Assembly (NCBI GenBank): GCA_963828115.1
Contig: CAWHDN010000022.1
Coordinates: 5,592-69,591, forward strand
Length of the DNA stretch: 64,000 bases
Source: an uncultured Acidobacteriaceae bacterium
Lineage (GTDB): Bacteria > Acidobacteriota > Terriglobia > Terriglobales > Acidobacteriaceae
Reading direction: 5' to 3'
In this document: positions 12,912 to 22,674 of the stretch, in pieces
How positions within the stretch are numbered: the stretch's first letter is position 1
How the letters are laid out: each line of letters opens with the position of its first letter
Notes under the pieces: generated by a model
Told to the model about the DNA's origin: nothing
The model's input: the letters and a program-made list of their open reading frames with translations, nothing else
Database searches by the model: none
Translations under genes and position numbers: made by a program

Positions 12912-15830
12912 ATGACCGATCTCACCACTCTCCTCCACTCCACCTTCGGCTTCTCCGCCTTCCGCGCCAATCAGGAGGCCGTCTGCCGCGCCGTCATCGA
13001 CGGCCGCGACGCTCTGCTCGTCATGCCCACCGGCGCTGGCAAATCCCTCTGCTACCAGCTTCCCGCCATCGCCCGCACCGGCACCGCGCTGGTCGTCTCG
13101 CCCCTCATCGCGCTCATGGACGACCAGGCTGCCAAGCTCTCCGCCGCCGGCCTGCGCGTCGCCCGCATCCACTCCAACCTCTCACGCGACGACGCCCGCA
13201 CCGCCTGCCGCGACTACCTCTCCGGCGCGCTCGACTTCCTCTTCATCGCCCCCGAGCGCATGCGCGTCCCCGGTTTCCCCGAGATGCTTGCCCGCCGCAA
13301 GCCCACCCTCGTCGCCATCGACGAGGCCCACTGCATCAGCGTCTGGGGCCACGATTTTCGCCCCGACTACCGCACCCTCGGCGACCACCTCCCCGCCCTT
13401 CGCCCCGCGCCCATCCTCGCCCTCACCGCCACCGCCACGCCCACCGTACAAAGTGACATCGTCGCCCAGCTCCACCTCGCCAACCCCGCGCTCTTCATCC
13501 ACGGCTTCCGCCGCTCCAACCTCGCTATCGAAGTGGTGGAGATGTCAAAGCCCCGCCGCCACGAGTTCACCGTCAAACTCCTCAGCTCGCCCGCCACTCG
13601 CCCCGCCATCGTCTACACCCCCTCGCGCCGCGACGCGGAAGCTCTCGCCGCCGATCTGGCCCACCACTTCCCCGCCGCCGCCTACCACGCCGGCCTTGAC
13701 GCCAGCGTCCGCGAGCGTGTGCAGCGCGCCTTCCAGTCAGGCTCGCTCGAAGTCGTCGTCGCCACCATCGCCTTCGGAATGGGAATCGACAAGGCCGACG
13801 TTCGCACCATCGTCCACACCGCGCTCCCCGCATCCGTCGAAGCCTTCTACCAGGAGATCGGTCGCGCCGGTCGCGACGGTCTCCCCAGCCGCTCCGTCCT
13901 CCTCCACAGCTACGCCGATCGCAAGATTCACGAGTCCTTCCTTGAGCGCGACTATCCACCCGCCTCCGATCTCGCCCGAGTCGCCGCCGTCCTCACCTCC
14001 GACTTCCTCATGCCCGAACCGCTCGCCCAGCGCCTCAAGATAGACCTCGATAGTTTCAACAAGTCCGTCGAAAAACTCATCGCCCACGGCGCAGCCTCCA
14101 TCGACTTCGCCGGCAACGTGCGTCTTGCGGATGCAGCACTCGCCGCCGCGCCCGACTCCGCATCGCCCGCATCCTGGCGCGCCGCCTACGAGGCCCAGAT
14201 CGCCTTCCGCCGCTCCCAGATCGACCGCATGGTCGCATTCGCCGAAACCCAGCAGTGCCGCATGACCGCCATCATCCGCCACTTCGGAGACACCGCCGAC
14301 GCGCACCGTCCCTGTGGCCTCTGCGACTTCTGCTCCCCCACCACCGCCACCGCGCACGCCTACCGTCCGCCCACGCCGGAAGACCTCCGCCAGCTCATGT
14401 ACATCCTGCAAGAGCTGGATGACCGCTCCCGCTCCACCGGCAAGCTCTACTCAGCTCTCGCCGAGGGCGCTCTTCGCGGCACTCCTGCGGGCAATGACCG
14501 CAAGACCTTCGACACACTCCTCGACGCTCTTGACCGTGCCGCGCTCATCACCCTCGCCGCCGACACCTTCACCAACGCCGAAGGCAACGTCATCACCTAC
14601 AAGAAGGCTGCCCTCACCTACGAAGGCCGCGAGGCCGTCTCTACCGGCAATATCCACGCCCCCGACATCCTGCTCCCAGACACCAACGCCCCCGGCGCGC
14701 CTTCCGCGAAGTCTAAAAAGTCGAAGTCCAGCAAAGTCGCACGCAAGACCGAGCGCGATCAGACGACCGCAGCCTTTACTCCCACGCAGCAGCAGCTCGA
14801 CGACAAGCTCCGCGCATGGCGCAAATCCGAGGCCACCAAGACCGGCAAGCCAGCCTTCATCGTCTTCGGCGACGCTGTCCTCCGCAACCTCGTCCTAGCC
14901 AATCCGCAGACAATCTCCGACCTCCTCACCGTCTCCGGCATAGGCCCAGAAAAATCCGACCGTTACGGCGCAGCAATCATCGCCATCTGCCGCGCGCAAC
15001 TCTCCCCAGAACCACCCGCCCCGACGCTCCCGGCAATGAAGCCGTCATCCCGACCGGAGCGCAGCGCAGTGGAGGGACCCCCGCATTTTTCCCGCCCGAT
15101 TGTCTCAATCGATGAATCGCCTACAAAATTAAATAAACGGCTAAAGCAAATTGCAAAAGATTTCACGCCAATCAAAGAATTTTCCAAAAAATCTCGCCTG
15201 CGTTCGCGCGAATACAACGACGCCACAAACCGCAGGATCGATTTCGAAGACGACCTTCGTCTCTTCGCGAAGAATCAGGCAGCGAAACTCAATATCAGTG
15301 AATCCGAACTCCTAACGGAAGCTGCTATTGATGACATCCTCAACTTTCGTCCGCGTACTCGAGAGGAACTGGATCAACTGCCGAATCTACGCGGCGATTT
15401 GCCTGCATCGTTCTATAAAGCTCTCCTCATCACATGCACGGCGGATTACAATCCACCGCAAACCCTAGTCAAACAGCCTCGGCCACAAGCATCGCTAGCA
15501 TCAGCAGCCGTCAAACAGCCAACAAGACCAATTGAGCACTACGGCGAAAACACAATCAGCTTCCACCGCACCCGCACCAGTCCACCCCCCGACCCCACCG
15601 TCTCCCTCACTCCCGCCCAACAGCTCCTCGACGCAAACCTCCGCGCATGGCGCAAGTCTGAAGCCGAGCGCATCGGCCTTCCCCAGTTCTTCGTCCTCGG
15701 CTCCTCTGCCCTGCGCAGCATCGTCCTGCTTCGCCCCAAATCTCTCGTTCAGCTTCAATCCATCTCCGGCATCGGCCCCGAAAAAGCCGCGAAGTTCGGC
15801 GCCGCAATCCTCGCCCTCTGCAACGCATAG
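12912..15830 (+). CDS. recQ: RecQ-family ATP-dependent DNA helicase with multiple HRDC domains
   Basis: FRANQE, MPTGAGKSLCYQLP, DEAHC, QEIGRAGRDG, Zn-binding C..CGLCDFC, two clear HRDC domains (LRAWRK..A...GIGPEK) plus a divergent middle one. Confidence 0.92.
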   Translation: MTDLTTLLHSTFGFSAFRANQEAVCRAVIDGRDALLVMPTGAGKSLCYQLPAIARTGTALVVSPLIALMDDQAAKLSAAGLRVARIHSNLSRDDARTACRDYLSGALDFLFIAPERMRVPGFPEMLARRKPTLVAIDEAHCISVWGHDFRPDYRTLGDHLPALRPAPILALTATATPTVQSDIVAQLHLANPALFIHGFRRSNLAIEVVEMSKPRRHEFTVKLLSSPATRPAIVYTPSRRDAEALAADLAHHFPAAAYHAGLDASVRERVQRAFQSGSLEVVVATIAFGMGIDKADVRTIVHTALPASVEAFYQEIGRAGRDGLPSRSVLLHSYADRKIHESFLERDYPPASDLARVAAVLTSDFLMPEPLAQRLKIDLDSFNKSVEKLIAHGAASIDFAGNVRLADAALAAAPDSASPASWRAAYEAQIAFRRSQIDRMVAFAETQQCRMTAIIRHFGDTADAHRPCGLCDFCSPTTATAHAYRPPTPEDLRQLMYILQELDDRSRSTGKLYSALAEGALRGTPAGNDRKTFDTLLDALDRAALITLAADTFTNAEGNVITYKKAALTYEGREAVSTGNIHAPDILLPDTNAPGAPSAKSKKSKSSKVARKTERDQTTAAFTPTQQQLDDKLRAWRKSEATKTGKPAFIVFGDAVLRNLVLANPQTISDLLTVSGIGPEKSDRYGAAIIAICRAQLSPEPPAPTLPAMKPSSRPERSAVEGPPHFSRPIVSIDESPTKLNKRLKQIAKDFTPIKEFSKKSRLRSREYNDATNRRIDFEDDLRLFAKNQAAKLNISESELLTEAAIDDILNFRPRTREELDQLPNLRGDLPASFYKALLITCTADYNPPQTLVKQPRPQASLASAAVKQPTRPIEHYGENTISFHRTRTSPPPDPTVSLTPAQQLLDANLRAWRKSEAERIGLPQFFVLGSSALRSIVLLRPKSLVQLQSISGIGPEKAAKFGAAILALCNA
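15043..15089 (+). repeat. Family A variant REP inserted in frame in recQ
   Basis: cgtcatcccgaccggagcgcagcgcagtggagggacccccgcatttt matches intergenic copies near 48681 and 63616; encodes PSSRPERSAVEGPPHF. Confidence 0.88.
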
Positions 15831-15933
15831 CTCTCGCCTGCCCCGTCAAGCTGCTAAACTGAAGATTCGCAGCACTCCGCGCGTGCCCAGTCCCCGCGCA
15901 TCTAAATATCTGCGACACATCAAGGAGAACGAC

Positions 15934-16973
15934 ATGGCAGACACCACCCCAAACAGCACACCCAGCGGCAGCATCGCTCCTCGTCCTTCAGCGAGCCCGC
16001 CCTCCGCCTCAAGCTCGGCCTCGCCGAGATGCTCAAGGGCGGCGTCATCATGGACGTGATGAACGTCGAGCAGGCCCGCATCGCCGAGGAGGCCGGGGCC
16101 ATCTCAGTCATGGCGCTGGAGCGCGTTCCCGCCATGATCCGCGCCGAAGGCGGCGTCGCCCGCATGGCCAATCCCAAGCTCATCCGCGAAATCATGGCCG
16201 CCGTCACCATCCCCGTCATGGCCAAGGCGCGCATCGGCCACTTCGCCGAAGCGCAAATCCTCCAGCATCTCGGCGTCGACTTCATCGACGAGTCCGAGGT
16301 CCTCACCCCCGCCGACGAGACCTACCACATCGACAAGCACGCCTTCACCACGCCCTTCGTCTGCGGCGCGCGCAATCTGGGCGAAGCCCTCCGCCGCATC
16401 GCCGAGGGCGCAGCCATGATCCGCACCAAGGGCGAACCCGGCACCGGCGACGTCGTCCACGCCGTCCAGCACATGCGTCAGATCGTGCGCGAGATCAAGG
16501 CCCTCACCGTCCTCGACGACCAGGAGTTGTACAACGCCGCCAAGGTTCACGGCGCGCCCTACGAACTCGTCCGCATGGTCGCAAAATCCGGCTCGCTCCC
16601 CGTACCCAACTTCTCCGCCGGCGGCATCGCCACGCCCGCCGACGCCGCTCTCATGATGCAGCTCGGTGCCGAATCCATCTTCGTCGGCTCCGGCATCTTC
16701 ATGAAGGAGCGCGCCACCCCGCTCGATGTCGCCCTCTGGAGCAAGGATGACGCAGCCGTCGGCCTCTGCACCGCAAAAGATGTCGGCACTCCGCGCAATC
16801 CCGAAGAGCGCGCCGAAGCCGTCTCCCGCGCCAAGTCCATCGTCATCGCCACCACGCATTTTGCCGACGCCAAGATCGTCGCCGACGCCGCCGAAACCGT
16901 CACCGGCAGCATGAAGGGCCTCGCCGCCGCCGCAATCCCCGAGCAAGACCTAATGCAGACCCGCGGCTGGTAA
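15934..16973 (+). CDS. pdxS: Pyridoxal 5'-phosphate synthase lyase subunit; apparent -1 frameshift near 15977
   Basis: [42 protein letters not shown]-terminal MQTRGW. RBS aaggag precedes ATG 15934; one extra C restores the frame. Confidence 0.9.
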
Positions 16974-17087
16974 GCACTGCCTGTAGCAGCCGCGCTACGC
17001 GCAGGTACTCAGCACTGCGTTCATTCGCAGCGGTAGCTCTCCATGTCCGCTCCACAACCATATTTCAAACCAAGTAAAATGATCGTC

Positions 17088-17630
17088 ATGCCCACTGCTC
17101 TTCGTATGAATCGTCTCGCTCTGCTTCTCACCCTCTTCCTCTGCCTTCCCCTCGCCGCCCATGCCGATCAGGCATCCCGTCGCGCCAAGGCGGCTCAGTT
17201 GGTCGCGCTGCTGCGCACCGAGCGCATGGTGCAGCAAAACTCCGCCACCATCATGAAGCAGATCTCCGACGCAGCGGACAAGGTGGCCGGCCCCAATCCC
17301 ACGCCGGAGAGCAAAGCGCGCCTTACCAGCCTTGAGAAAAATATCTCCCAGTTGATCGACGCCCAGTTGGGATGGAAGGTGATGCAGCCCGGCATCATCG
17401 ACCTCTACGCCAACACCTTCACCGAGCAGGAGCTGGACGCCATCGTCGCCTTCTACAAGACCCCCGCGGGTGCCGCCCTCATCGATAAAATCCCGCAGAT
17501 CGACAACCAGATCCAGCAGCTTGCCCAATCCAGGCTGAACATCCTTCAACCTCAGATCACTCAAGCGTTCAGCGACTTCCGCAAGAGTCAGGCCGCCGCG
17601 CCCACGCCAACCGCGAGCACCACAAAGTGA
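17088..17630 (+). CDS. Exported DUF2059-family protein
   Basis: Signal peptide ending AHA; motif LYANTFTEQELDAIVAFYKTPAG. Confidence 0.75.
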   Translation: MPTALRMNRLALLLTLFLCLPLAAHADQASRRAKAAQLVALLRTERMVQQNSATIMKQISDAADKVAGPNPTPESKARLTSLEKNISQLIDAQLGWKVMQPGIIDLYANTFTEQELDAIVAFYKTPAGAALIDKIPQIDNQIQQLAQSRLNILQPQITQAFSDFRKSQAAAPTPTASTTK

Positions 17631-18242
17631 CCGCGGCCGCGCCCACCTCTCCGCTCATCGGCGTCCTCGCCCTGCAAGGCGCATACGACGCGCACTCCCG
17701 CACGCTCACAGCCCTCGGCGCAACCCCGCGTCTCATCCGCGTCCCGGCCGATCTCGACGCCCTCGACGGCCTCATCCTGCCTGGCGGCGAATCCACCACC
17801 ATGCTGAAGTTTCTCGACCGCAACGGCTTCTTCGAGACTCCTGCAAACCTACGTCAAATCCACGCCCACCTTCGGCACCTGCGCCGGGGCCATCCTTCTC
17901 GCCACTCGCGTCGAATCCCCCGCCCAGCGTTCGCTCGCCGCCCTCGACATCACCGTCCAGCGCAACGCCTACGGCCGCCAGATCGACTCCTCCATCCTCA
18001 CCGCGCCCACCTCGCTCCCCGGCGGCCCGCTCGAGATGGTCTTCATCCGCGCTCCGCGCATCACCCGCACCGGCCCCTCGGTCGAAGCCCTCGCCACCCG
18101 CGACGGCTTCCCCACCCTTGTCCGCTCCGGCCACATCCTCGCCGCCACATTCCACCCCGAGCTATCCGCCGACCCCCGCGTCCACCAGCTCTTCCTCACC
18201 CTCATCCGCACCCACCACGCCGCCGCGACCGAACCCCGCTGA
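17627..18242 (+). CDS. pdxT: PLP synthase glutaminase subunit; apparent +1 frameshift near 17840
   Basis: IGVLALQG and LILPGGEST in the first frame; FGTCAG, VQRNAYGRQIDS, VFIRAP and FHPEL in the next. Confidence 0.88.
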
Positions 18243-18257
18243 ACAGTTCGCCGCCCC

Positions 18258-18591
18258 TTACACCTCGTGCACGAAAAAATACCTCACCCCGCCCAGCCAT
18301 AGCGCGAGTGCAACCAGCTCGGCGCACAGCACCCACTCCAGAGCGACCCCGTATATACTTCGCTCTGTTGTGAGCATCGCCACCACCACCAGCGCCAGCA
18401 CCAGCACCGCCATGCTGATCCGCATTGTCATCAGCCCATAGCGGGCAGGCCTCACCGCAAACGCCCTGCGCTCCGGCAACCGGCCAGCCACGCGCGCCGC
18501 GAATCCCACGGGAATCCTCACCTCAGGCACACGCTCCAGCGCCTGCACCATGCGCTCTTCCAATACATCACTTCATCCGTTGCTCGTGCAT
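18258..18591 (-). CDS. Small membrane protein downstream of ECF sigma, putative anti-sigma factor; apparent +1 frameshift near 18572
   Basis: GGAGG RBS then ATG 18591 (MHEQRM); removing one A joins it to SDVLEERMVQ...IPVGFAARV (anti-sigma-like PxxFxxRV) and two TM helices. Confidence 0.55.
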
Positions 18592-19148
18592 CGCGCCTCC
18601 TTTACCGGCGTTCGGTCTCCCTCGCTTTGCCGAGCCGCAATCCCTTCGCGCAGCTTCTTCCGTCCGCGATGCAGATGCGTCCGCACGGTCCCGATGGGCA
18701 GCCCCAGAGCCAACGCAATCTGCTCATACGTCCGTTCCTCCTGATGATAGAGCACCAGCACGGCGCGTTCCACCTGACTCAGCCGTTGCATCTGCTCCTC
18801 CACCGCCAACTGGAACTCGTGCTCTTCCATCAACTCTTCCGCGTTCGGTCCGGGATGCGGCAGCCGTTCCTCCCATCCGCTCGTCTCGTCCGAAATCGAC
18901 ACCAGCGACTGCGCGTCCCTCCGCCGCCTCTTCCACTCATCCTGCGCCACATTCACCGCGATGCGGTACAGATACGTCGTCACCAGCGCCTCTCCGCGAA
19001 AGCTGGGCAGCGCGCGATACAGCCGCAGAAACACCTCCTGCGCCAGATCGTCCACATGCTCACGGCTTCCCGTCAACCGCAGCAGCGTGCGGAAGACCAT
19101 CGCCTGATGTTCGCGCACAATCTCTTCGAAGCTGAAGTCGGTTGCCAA
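18573..19148 (-). CDS. ECF RNA polymerase sigma factor
   Basis: DDLAQEVFLRLY and TYLYRIAVN (sigma2); TYEQIALALGLPIGTVRTHLHRGR (sigma4); TTG start. Confidence 0.92.
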   Translation of the reverse strand: MATDFSFEEIVREHQAMVFRTLLRLTGSREHVDDLAQEVFLRLYRALPSFRGEALVTTYLYRIAVNVAQDEWKRRRRDAQSLVSISDETSGWEERLPHPGPNAEELMEEHEFQLAVEEQMQRLSQVERAVLVLYHQEERTYEQIALALGLPIGTVRTHLHRGRKKLREGIAARQSEGDRTPVKEARCTSNG

Positions 19149-19153
19149 GCAGG

Positions 19154-19183
19154 GTTAGACCTCGCGCCGCATTGAAAGTTTCA
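19154..19183 (-). promoter_or_regulatory. ECF-type promoter for the sigma gene (TGAAAC-N17-GTCTAAC)
   Basis: Minus strand TGAAAC 19183-19178, 17-nt spacer, GTCTAAC 19160-19154; an identical motif faces the other way. Confidence 0.75.
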
Positions 19184-19193
19184 TCCGCCATAG

Positions 19194-19223
19194 TGAAACT
19201 CTGCGCCGCCCCGTCAGTCTAAC
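19194..19223 (+). promoter_or_regulatory. ECF-type promoter for the divergent membrane-protein gene (TGAAAC-N17-GTCTAAC)
   Basis: TGAAAC 19194-19199, 17-nt spacer, GTCTAAC 19217-19223. Confidence 0.75.
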
Positions 19224-19249
19224 GCGTGCAGGTAAGGGAGGAAATCCTC

Positions 19250-19729
19250 ATGGGAGCAATTTCGGGAATATCGGACGTATTCGTGCCACTCGGAGCATTT
19301 GTAGTTGCCATCGTCGCAATCATCTCCGGCACATTGTCCGCGGCACACGCACGCCGCATGAAGGCCGAGGAGCGCATGGCCATGTTGCAGCGCGGCATGA
19401 CCGTGGAGCAGATCGATCAGTTGTTGAAGACCACCAAAGAGTATGACGTCGAGGAAGGCGCAAGGACAAAGGACCCCCTGCGCAGCCTCGCCAACGCCCG
19501 TCGCGTCGGAATCATTCTGGTCTCGGTCGGCGTCGGCATAGTTCTCTTCGGCTCTCTGCTCGCCGCGATCGAGCGCGACCGGGAAACCCTCGTCGTCGCG
19601 GCTACAGGCCTCATCCCTCTGGCCATCGGCATCGGCTTCTTCGTCGACTACCACCTGCAGAAGCGCGAACTCGCCCGCTTCGGCCTCGAAGTCGCCGCCG
19701 ACCAACCCCCAAACAACCGCACCACCTAG
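19250..19729 (+). CDS. Membrane protein, DUF6249-like
   Basis: TM, then ERMAMLQRGM, then two TMs (G.IP..IG.G); RBS ggagg. Family assignment from recalled pattern. Confidence 0.6.
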   Translation: MGAISGISDVFVPLGAFVVAIVAIISGTLSAAHARRMKAEERMAMLQRGMTVEQIDQLLKTTKEYDVEEGARTKDPLRSLANARRVGIILVSVGVGIVLFGSLLAAIERDRETLVVAATGLIPLAIGIGFFVDYHLQKRELARFGLEVAADQPPNNRTT

Positions 19730-19848
19730 GAAATCTCTGCACAAGTCCACGTTTTGAAAGGGACGGGCTTCAGCCCGTCCGTAAGTGCCGCAAAATCACG
19801 GGGGGCTTTAGCCCCCGAGGGAATGTTGAAGGCTTGTGCAGACCTTCC
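19730..19848. mobile_element. Non-autonomous MITE with IS5-like ends, flanked by CTAG duplication
   Basis: Left end GAAATCTCTGCACAAG; right end read inward GGAAGGTCTGCACAAG; CTAG at 19726-29 and 19849-52; second copy at 53593-53709. Confidence 0.75.
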
Positions 19849-20157
19849 CTAGCGCTCCGTCCCCACCTTCTCCAGCGCCACAAAGCTCTTCACCACCACC
19901 CCCGATGTCTCGAAGTGCGTCACGCTGTGCCCTGCCGCATGTCCCATCTGGATCGCCCTCTTCAGCATCCGCACCATCCCGCGCGACTCCTCCTCGAACC
20001 ATCGCGTGCTGGCCCACTCCCACCCCACCACCAGGTTGTAGCTCGCATCGCACTTCGGACAGCACAGCGCCGTCTCCAGCGTGCGATGGAACGCCCCCTC
20101 CGGCAGCCTTCCCACCGGCTCCGTCCCACTCCGAATCGCCGCTATCGTCTGCTTCAA
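19849..20157 (-). CDS. Hypothetical protein with CxxC (CCPKC)
   Basis: TTG start after ggag, adjacent to the upstream gene stop; MKQTIAAIRSG... Confidence 0.6.
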   Translation of the reverse strand: MKQTIAAIRSGTEPVGRLPEGAFHRTLETALCCPKCDASYNLVVGWEWASTRWFEEESRGMVRMLKRAIQMGHAAGHSVTHFETSGVVVKSFVALEKVGTER

Positions 20158-20158
20158 C

Positions 20159-20518
20159 TCAGTACTCCACCCTGCGCCGCTTCGGTGTAAAAAATCCGAA
20201 CGCCAGATGCAGCACCGCCAGCGCCAGCGCTCCCAGAAACGCCGCCTTGAACGTCTCCACGCGGAATCCGGGCACAAACTCGCTGGCAAACTTCAGCACC
20301 ACCGCATTAATCACCAGAAAGAACAATCCGAGGCTCAGGATTCCCAGCGGCAGCGTAATGATCTTCAACAGCAGACCAAACGTCGCGTTGAACAGCCCAA
20401 TCACCACCACCGCAATCATCGCCGAGCCCCACCCGCTCACCACGAATCCGCTCACCGTCCGCGACACAATCCACAGCGCCACCGCATTCAGCACCCACTG
20501 CACCACCATCCGTCCCAT
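20159..20518 (-). CDS. 4-TM phage holin superfamily IV / YvlD-like membrane protein
   Basis: WVLNAVALW, NATFGLLLKIITLPLGILSLGLF.LVINA, VPGFRV. Confidence 0.85.
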   Translation of the reverse strand: MGRMVVQWVLNAVALWIVSRTVSGFVVSGWGSAMIAVVVIGLFNATFGLLLKIITLPLGILSLGLFFLVINAVVLKFASEFVPGFRVETFKAAFLGALALAVLHLAFGFFTPKRRRVEY

Positions 20519-20650
20519 CCGCCACCTCTCCCCCCAGCATATCCGACCCGCCCGCATTTGCAGTCAACCGTGTCGTAACTTGCCCGATCCGTGCGTGCTC
20601 AATCTTCAAGTATTATTGTGAACAACTAGTTTCCGCCTGACGGAGCCGCC

Positions 20651-21725
20651 ATGCCGCCGCGCGCGTTGCCCTGCTGATCTCGCTGCTTGCCATCGCCACC
20701 CGCCCGCTCCCAGCGCAGACGCCTCTCAACCCCATACCCGAAGCCGTACAAAAAGCATGTGACCCAAACTACAAACCCTCCTCAGAAGGTGCTCTCTCAG
20801 GAGGGCCGAGACCGTTCTCAGTACTGCTGTGCGAGCGAGGCATCGACACCTCGGAGCCGTCGCTCATCGCTGCATTGAGCAATAGCGATCCCGAGGTGAG
20901 GACTCTCGCAGCCTATCAGCTTGCAGAGAACTGCGACTTCTCCGACTTTCCAGCAATCGAAAGCGCGCTCTCCACAGAGAAGACACCCATGCGAGGATAG
21001 GCATGGCATCAGCGTTGGCTAGTTCCGGTGATCGAGTCGGAGCAAGGGATCTGGAGGCAATGTGCACGCATGCGTCTGTGTCCGTGGATGACACGGTACG
21101 CGTCGTACAGCAACTAGCGATGGCACAACGCTCGCATCCGAATATAGCTTCAGCCGGAAAATGTGCCGATGTTGTTCTTGCTGCGCTCGACAGTGTTAGC
21201 GAAAGTTATCAGCGGCGGGAGCTTGTATCGGTGCTGCCATCGATGGTTCATGACGTGCCGAAGGACAAGGCTGACCGTATGGTGATGGCCGCACAGAATC
21301 TACTGGGGAGCAAAGAAGCTGCAACCCGCATGAGCGCAAGTCGTGCGCTCGCCGAGATGGGTTCTAGTGCTTCCATCGAACTCATCCGCGACGCAATCCA
21401 AAATGAGCCCAATGCTAGCATCCGCGAATGGCACAAGGTCAGCTTCTTGACGCTATTGCCCTCGTGCTTCCAGACTGCGCCAAAGGATCAGGCCAACCAG
21501 ATGATTGCCGATGCGCAGAACCTGTTGACATCGGACTCCCTGACGATGCGCCAGGCCGCATCTCATGCGCTGGCCCAAATGGGTTCCACCGCTTCCATCG
21601 AACTCATTCGGAACGCAATCCAACGAGATAAATTTGTGCCATCAAGCATGCAAAAAGACCTAACAACCCTCGAAAATCTTCAGCAACCGGGTGCCCCAAC
21701 CGCCTCAGCGAATCCGCCGCATTAA
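20651..21725 (+). CDS. Exported HEAT-repeat protein (paralog 1); two apparent -1 frameshifts (near 20655 and 20988)
   Basis: Joined frames give MPAARVALLISLLAIATRPLPAQ...GIDTSEPSLIAALSNSDPEVR...RMSASRALAEMGS. Colinear with 22675..23745; both end ASANPPH. Confidence 0.7.
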
Positions 21726-21912
21726 TCCCTTCCACTCTTCCCCAGTGGTGACAGCGGCCCAATCCGAGTAATCTCTATTCATCGCGCGCGCGTGGAGTGA
21801 TCCGGATGCCAACAACCATCACGCCTCCAAATCTCGAACGCCGTCCCCGCCGCTCCGAAGAGGACGATGGAGGCAACAGCCGTCGTCCGCCCAATGGCCA
21901 CGACCTCAAGCG
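21701..21912 (+). repeat. Direct repeat copy 1: HEAT gene end, intergenic region and the first ~35 codons of the oxidase subunit III-like gene (dead-end fragment)
   Basis: Near-identical to 23721..23932 (offset 2020 bp), differing at only a few bases near 21751-21757. Confidence 0.95.
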
Positions 21913-22646
21913 TACAGGCTGGCAGCGCCTACAACTCCGATCCAAACGGCACATACACCTCTGTCGATGTGACAATCTCGGCATCCTGCGCAGCCAACGA
22001 TACCGCCACCGTCACCCTCACCGCCAACGGCAGTGGCGCATGCACCGGCAGTTGCTTCTCAGGCACTAACCAAGGCTCCTCCCCCTCCGGCACAGCTTCG
22101 TTCCAAGCCTCGATCTTTAATGGCAATGCGTGCCCAGACGCCATCATATATAACGATTCAGGTTCGATAAAGGTCCCTAATGTGGATCAATGGGTTCCTG
22201 CACACTTAACCGGGGTCGGCCTGTTCGCCGCAATGCAGGTAGTATCAACCAGCGGAGCACCCCTTAATGGTTCGCAGATAACTGAGACGGTCACACCAGT
22301 GCAGGGAAGCTCTACCTGTACAAGTCCAAACCTTGCACCTGCAAACATATGCCAGTCAAATGGAACGTTAATGGTTAATAGCAGAGGCGACCCATCTTGG
22401 GCTGCCTTTGCTCCACAGACACAGTACGCGGTGACGAATCAATTTTGGGACGCTCACATTACCATTGATGCGTCGTCACCGCAGAGCTTTCTTGCAGCAG
22501 GAAGCCCACAGTGCTTTGTCGTATGCAAACAGTCGTACTCCTGCAATAACGGAGCGCCGATTGCGACATTCACCATCACAAGGACATTTTCAACGAGTAT
22601 AGTGAACGGCACCCCGGTAACAGAAGTTAAAGTAACCAAGAAATAG
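21867..22646 (+). CDS. Cys/Ser/Thr-rich extracellular-type protein, probably a 5'-truncated fragment fused to the duplicated segment
   Basis: 259-aa ORF; the first ~15 codons come from the repeat out of frame; multiple Cys, no signal peptide, atypical composition. Confidence 0.55.
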   Translation: MEATAVVRPMATTSSVQAGSAYNSDPNGTYTSVDVTISASCAANDTATVTLTANGSGACTGSCFSGTNQGSSPSGTASFQASIFNGNACPDAIIYNDSGSIKVPNVDQWVPAHLTGVGLFAAMQVVSTSGAPLNGSQITETVTPVQGSSTCTSPNLAPANICQSNGTLMVNSRGDPSWAAFAPQTQYAVTNQFWDAHITIDASSPQSFLAAGSPQCFVVCKQSYSCNNGAPIATFTITRTFSTSIVNGTPVTEVKVTKK

Positions 22647-22674
22647 CATCGTTCTTTGATGAAAGTGAGAGATC

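Noticed and set aside
20159-20518. Prophage, suggested by the holin-family gene
   Set aside because: This 4-TM family is commonly chromosomal; no endolysin, structural or phage integrase genes nearby.
21688-21698. ccgggtgcccca (family B head) in the 3' end of HEAT paralog 1, at the duplication edge
   Set aside because: Only about 12 nt with no hairpin; could be chance or a scar, insufficient alone.
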